NCBI GenBank assembly: GCA_043228905.1
Contig: JBHGNT010000009.1
Span: 11,222,001 to 11,286,000, forward strand
Direction of reading: 5' to 3'
Source of the DNA: Azolla caroliniana
Taxonomy: Eukaryota > Plantae > Polypodiophyta
DNA: 64,000 nt
The notes under the pieces are model-generated. The model was not told where the DNA came from, searched no databases, and saw nothing but the letters and a program-made list of their open reading frames with translations. The position numbers and the translations under genes were made by a program. Positions 59,601-64,000 of this stretch are shown here, one piece after another; within the stretch, counting starts at the first letter, position 1; each line of letters opens with the position of its first letter.

Positions 59601-60769
59601 TCTTGAGGGCCACCACTCTCTCTCCTAGCTTGCGCTATTTGGAGATCTCGCACCATCTTTGCGAGCTCATCTATTGTTGACCCTCCCGACGGTGCTTCAA
59701 CCACGTTTCTCTCGGGGACGGACCTTGCATTTGCTTGTTCTCTTTCTTGAGGTGCTCTACCACCCCTAGGTTTGTGTGTCTCACTAATAGAGCTTGTGGA
59801 TGTTTGGCCACTCAACGGAGACCATTCGTTCCATTCCCTTCTCTTATCGAAGCGACTACAAACCCGTTTTACCATAGCTCAATCCGTAATGAGCTCATCA
59901 TCAGTTTTGAGGAGGAGCCCCACCTTCTCTCGGTCTTATGCATGACCAACTTTTATGAATAGTAGGGCCTTGCTTGTGTCAAGCACCATCCTATCGAGAG
60001 CCAAGAGTCGTGCGAAGCGCTTCTCAAATTCTTGTAGAAGTGCCATAGTATTTCTCCCCTTGCTGGGAAGCTCAACCCACTCCATTAGATCCCTTTTCAA
60101 AATTCTGAGTGAGTCATCAAGGCCGTACTTCTCGAGGAGACTTTCTTTGAACTCCACCCAATTGCAACAGTCCGCTTGGATCTCGAGTACCTCTGCGTGG
60201 ATACTCGGCATTACCACTCTAGAAAATCCGGTTAGCCGCCTATCTTCCGGGAAATTTCGCATAAGTATTTCGGTCTTATAATCATCCAAGTGGCTCGTGG
60301 TATCTCTTCCATTGAACCAACCCATTGTGCTGACCACCACCTCTATGGTCTGGTCTAGGCCGGTGATGCCTTCTCGGGCATTTACGAAGCAGTCCACCAT
60401 CGCCGTCATCGCTTCAGCGAGTTCTCCTCCTCTCATCTTGGTTCTCCCTTGCCACCCTTTCACGTTAGGTTCACCAATTTATGTCACGATGTTTCGCGTG
60501 TGTGTGTTATTTGGGTGGGACCACGGGGGTCTTCGACTAGGGAGTACTGAAGGGATAGAGAAGACCCAAGGTTTGTTTTACGACAATACTACTTCTTGAC
60601 CCCTTAGCAAGTGCTCGTTGCCCCTTTTGTGAGGCCTCTGGCTTTCGTTGATCACGACTTGTCAAGTTTTCGAGATCACCGCACGAGCCAATGATCAAAC
60701 GGGTACAAGCAAAGATGACCACGCAAGATGAACGCACAAGGGGACGATAACACAAACACGAATTCCCGT

Positions 60770-62110
60770 ACGTCTTTATGAGGAGGAGAGGTGCATGGGC
60801 ACACCCGAACACTTCCTTGTCACAAGACGTTGAACGTACAAGGAAGACACAAAACACACGCACAAATTCTCGTACGCCTTTATGAGGAGGAGAGGTGCAT
60901 GGCCAAGCCTGAATGCTCCCTCGTTACAAGAAAACTAAACATACAAGGAATACACAAACACACACACAAATGCTCGTACGCCTTTATGAGGAGGAGAGGT
61001 GCATGGGCACACCCGAAACGCTCCCTCGTCACAAGACGACCGAACGTACAAGGAAGACACAAACATACGCACAAAATGCTTGTACGCCTTTATGAGGAGG
61101 AGAGGTGCATGGGCACGCCCAAAACGATCCCTCATCACAGGATGGTCGAACGTACAAGGAAGATACAAACACACACACAAAATGCTCGTATGCCTTTATG
61201 AGGAGAAGAGGTGCATGGGCACACCCGAAACGCTCCCTCGTCACAACACGGTCGAACGTACAAGGAAGACACAAACACACACAGAAAATGCTCGTACGCC
61301 TTTATGAGGAGGAAAGGTGGATGGGCATGCCCGAAACGCTCCCGCCTCACAAGACGACCGAACGTACAAGGAAGACAGAAACGCACGCACAAAATGCTCG
61401 TACGCCTTTATGAGGAGTAGAGGTGCATGGGCACACTTGAAACGCTCCCTTGTCACAAGACGACCGAACGTACAAGGAAGACACAAACACACCCACAAAT
61501 GCTCGTACACCTTTATGAGGAGAGAGGTGTCTGGGCACGCCCGAAACGCTCCCTCATCACAAGACGACCGAACGTACAAGAAAGACACAAACACACACAA
61601 AATTCTTGTACGCCTTTAAGAGGAGGAGAGGTGCATGGCCAAGCCTGAATAACTCTCTCGTCACAAGACGACCGAACGTACAAGGAAGACACAAGCACAC
61701 ACACAAATGCTCGTACGCCTTTATGAGGAGGAGAGGTGCATGGGCACGCCCGAAACACTCCCTTGTCACAAGATGGCTGAACGTACAAGGAAGACACAAA
61801 CACACACACAAATGCTCATACGCCTTTATGAGGAGGAGAGGTGCATGGGCAAGCCCGAAACGGTCCCTCGTCATAAGAAGACCGAACGTACAAGGAAGAC
61901 ACAAACACACGCACAAAATGCTCGTACGCCTTTATGAGGAGGAGAGGTGCATGGGCAAGCCCGAAACGGTCCCTCATCACAAGACGGCCGAACGTACAAG
62001 GAAGACACAAACACATGCACAAATGCTCGTACGTCTTTATTAGGAGAGGTGCATGGGCACGCCCGAAACGCTCCCTCATCACAAGACGGCCGAACGTGCA
62101 AGGAAGACAC
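60770..62110. repeat. Tandem array of about 13 units of 104-106 bp inside the 5' LTR of element D
   Basis: Unit GAGGAGGAGAGGTGCATGGGCAC...CGTACAAGGAAGACACAAAC...CGTACGCCTTTAT. Confidence 0.95.
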
Positions 62111-63000
62111 GAACAAAGAAAGAAGGAAAGAAAGAAACACGAATGATATCGGCCAAAGAAATAAATACATGTTCGATTCCAACCCAAGAGGACCCTTTAT
62201 AAAATAGGGTTTGATTACAATGGCAACTTATAGTCAACCCCAAGCTCAATCAAAACATAAATACTAAATGCCCTTAGAGACAAGAGCAAATCCAAACACG
62301 GCGAAGATGAACACATGAGCACCACCAAAACTCCAATCCCAATGAACCACGACCACCTGAACGGAGAGCAAACGGGCTCGCAACGATGAACGGGGCAGAG
62401 CAATGTCGAACCAAAGAAGTTTGGGCTCACGAGCACTTCGAGTGTCGACGTGAAGAAGATGAGCATGTGGTGATGGGGGGATGAAGGGGTATGAGATGAA
62501 GAGAAGTGGTGAATAAGAAGATGAAGAGCTCCGAAGGAAAAATGGCGATAGTCTCCTCCTCCCCAAAATGTCCTCCCGAATGAGCCCCCCTCGACCTCCT
62601 TTTATAGGGAAAAAAGGAAGGGGGGTCGCCAATTTCGTCTTTAATGCAAAAAGGAATAAAATTCCTTAAATCACGCTGCACTGTAAGCCTAAATTTGAAC
62701 CGTGCACCTTTAGCTAGAAGTCAATGTGACTATCCACTAACCCATTAACTCTCTCGTATATAATATATGATTCTATCTCTATAAATTCTTAGCCTGTCTC
62801 CCTTCTAGTTTTTATCTCTCCTCTCTCTTACTTTTTATATGAGCTTCTATGCATCCTTTCCACCCTTTCTTTTCCCTTTTCTTTTTCATGTGCGCAATTA
62901 ATCGCCTTTGTCTGCACACACATTGCATATGCACATTTTGACCCCCCCCCCCCCCCCTTTCGCCGACTTTTTCCACTCTCGAGCATCCCACGTCACGACA

Positions 63001-64000
63001 CCGGCCTTGTATCGGTTGACCGAGCCATCAGTGTTGTACTTGACCTTGTACACCCACCTGAATCCAATCGGCTTTACAACCTTGGGGGCGTCAACTGGGT
63101 TCCAGGTTTCATTCTCTGCAAGTGCGTTCATCTCTTCCTCCATGACGGCACACCAATTTGCATCTGTTGCCGCTTCAGCGTAGCTCTCCGGCTCACGCAC
63201 TTCCGCTACACGTGTCATGTACGCATAGTGATGCGCCATGTACTTGTTGTATCCGAACCGCACAACAGGGTCTTCTGGCGGGTAGATCGACGTAAATGCT
63301 CATTAGCCGATGTTGAGGTTATTCTGGCCGACGCGGGCTTCGCTCTTGAAGGCTCGTCATCTCTCTTCTTCGAGTCGGATTTGCGTCGATTCGACTCGTC
63401 CTTATCTGTGCCGTACTCCGGCATCTTCTTTTTTCCTTTTTCTTTACGCGTAAGCCGTCTCTTCGGCTTCCTGTGTGGGGAATGCACGGCCACGACTGAG
63501 TCTCCACTTCTCACCGGATCTTCATCTGACAGGTCAAACCGACTCAGTCGCTCATTCGGTCCATTTAGCCGAAATGAGATCGGACTCTCTTCAAGAGTTC
63601 TGACTTCGCGTTCATCAAGAGGCATCTCAGCTTAGCTGACCTCATCTTCAGAACTCATATTGGAGTTGAGGTCCAGAGTCGGAGGCAAATACCAAGACGC
63701 GGACTCATCGAACACAACATCACGACTTACGCGAGCTTGTTTGGTCTAGGGGTTATAACACTTGTAACCCTTTTGTTCGTCTGAATATCCGGCTTTCGCG
63801 TCCAGCTTGCTCCGCTTCTCCTTCGGCACATGCACATACGCGATGCTACCGAAAACCCTCAAGTGTCATAGATTCGGCTTCCTTCCGAAATACAACTCAT
63901 ATGTTGACACTTTTTCTCTGATCCGATTTTGGATGTAAACCGCGGTTCGGACCGCTTCGGCCCAATGGAACTTGGGCATGCTCTTTTCTTCCAAAATTGC
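63001..64000 (-). mobile_element. Degenerate copia (integrase C-terminus to RT start), same family as the 2264-23398 host; runs off the window
   Basis: YMAHHYAYMTRVAEVREPESYAEA, WVYKVKYNTDGSVNRYKA, YSDEQKGYKCYNP. Confidence 0.9.

Larger units (their letters stand above)
52280..63000 (-). mobile_element. Ty3/gypsy element D, same lineage as B; 5' LTR 60482-63000, truncated 3' LTR 52280-53307
   Basis: Gag-PR (60463-58286) and pol (58289-53368) are homologous to B; PBS TGGTGAACCTAACGTGA at 60460-60476; PPT GGTAGGGGTGGA; right flank CCGG; many stops. Confidence 0.92.

Noticed and set aside
60770-62110. Regular repeat array resembling CRISPR, with many short ORFs
   Set aside because: Units are contiguous with no unique spacers, there are no cas genes and the context is a eukaryotic LTR; the ORFs are by-products of the repeat.

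Overview
Eukaryotic plant genomic DNA; the TE families and the PLS-E PPR architecture suggest a seed-free plant such as a fern (inference). Most of the window is nested, largely degenerate retrotransposons: several Ty3/gypsy and Ty1/copia elements, solo LTRs with readable target-site duplications (TSDs), and LINE fragments. Two host genes face each other: an 8-exon TIP41-like gene (+, 29648-43157, 303 aa, with a 10-kb TE-filled intron 3) and an apparently single-exon PLS-E PPR gene (-, 44214-47420). The most unusual signal is one gypsy lineage seen three times (3748-10293, solo LTR 20912-22067, 52280-63000). Both coding copies have a G-GAU-UUU -1 frameshift site plus a covarying stem (a pseudoknot in one copy) placed after the protease, and both have a tRNA-Trp primer site. 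Insertions sit at 4-bp CG-centred targets rather than 5-bp ones, and three of the LTRs carry tRNA-like Pol III A/B-box modules. Several clear template-switch and microhomology repair scars are also visible. All calls were made by eye; no database searches were run.
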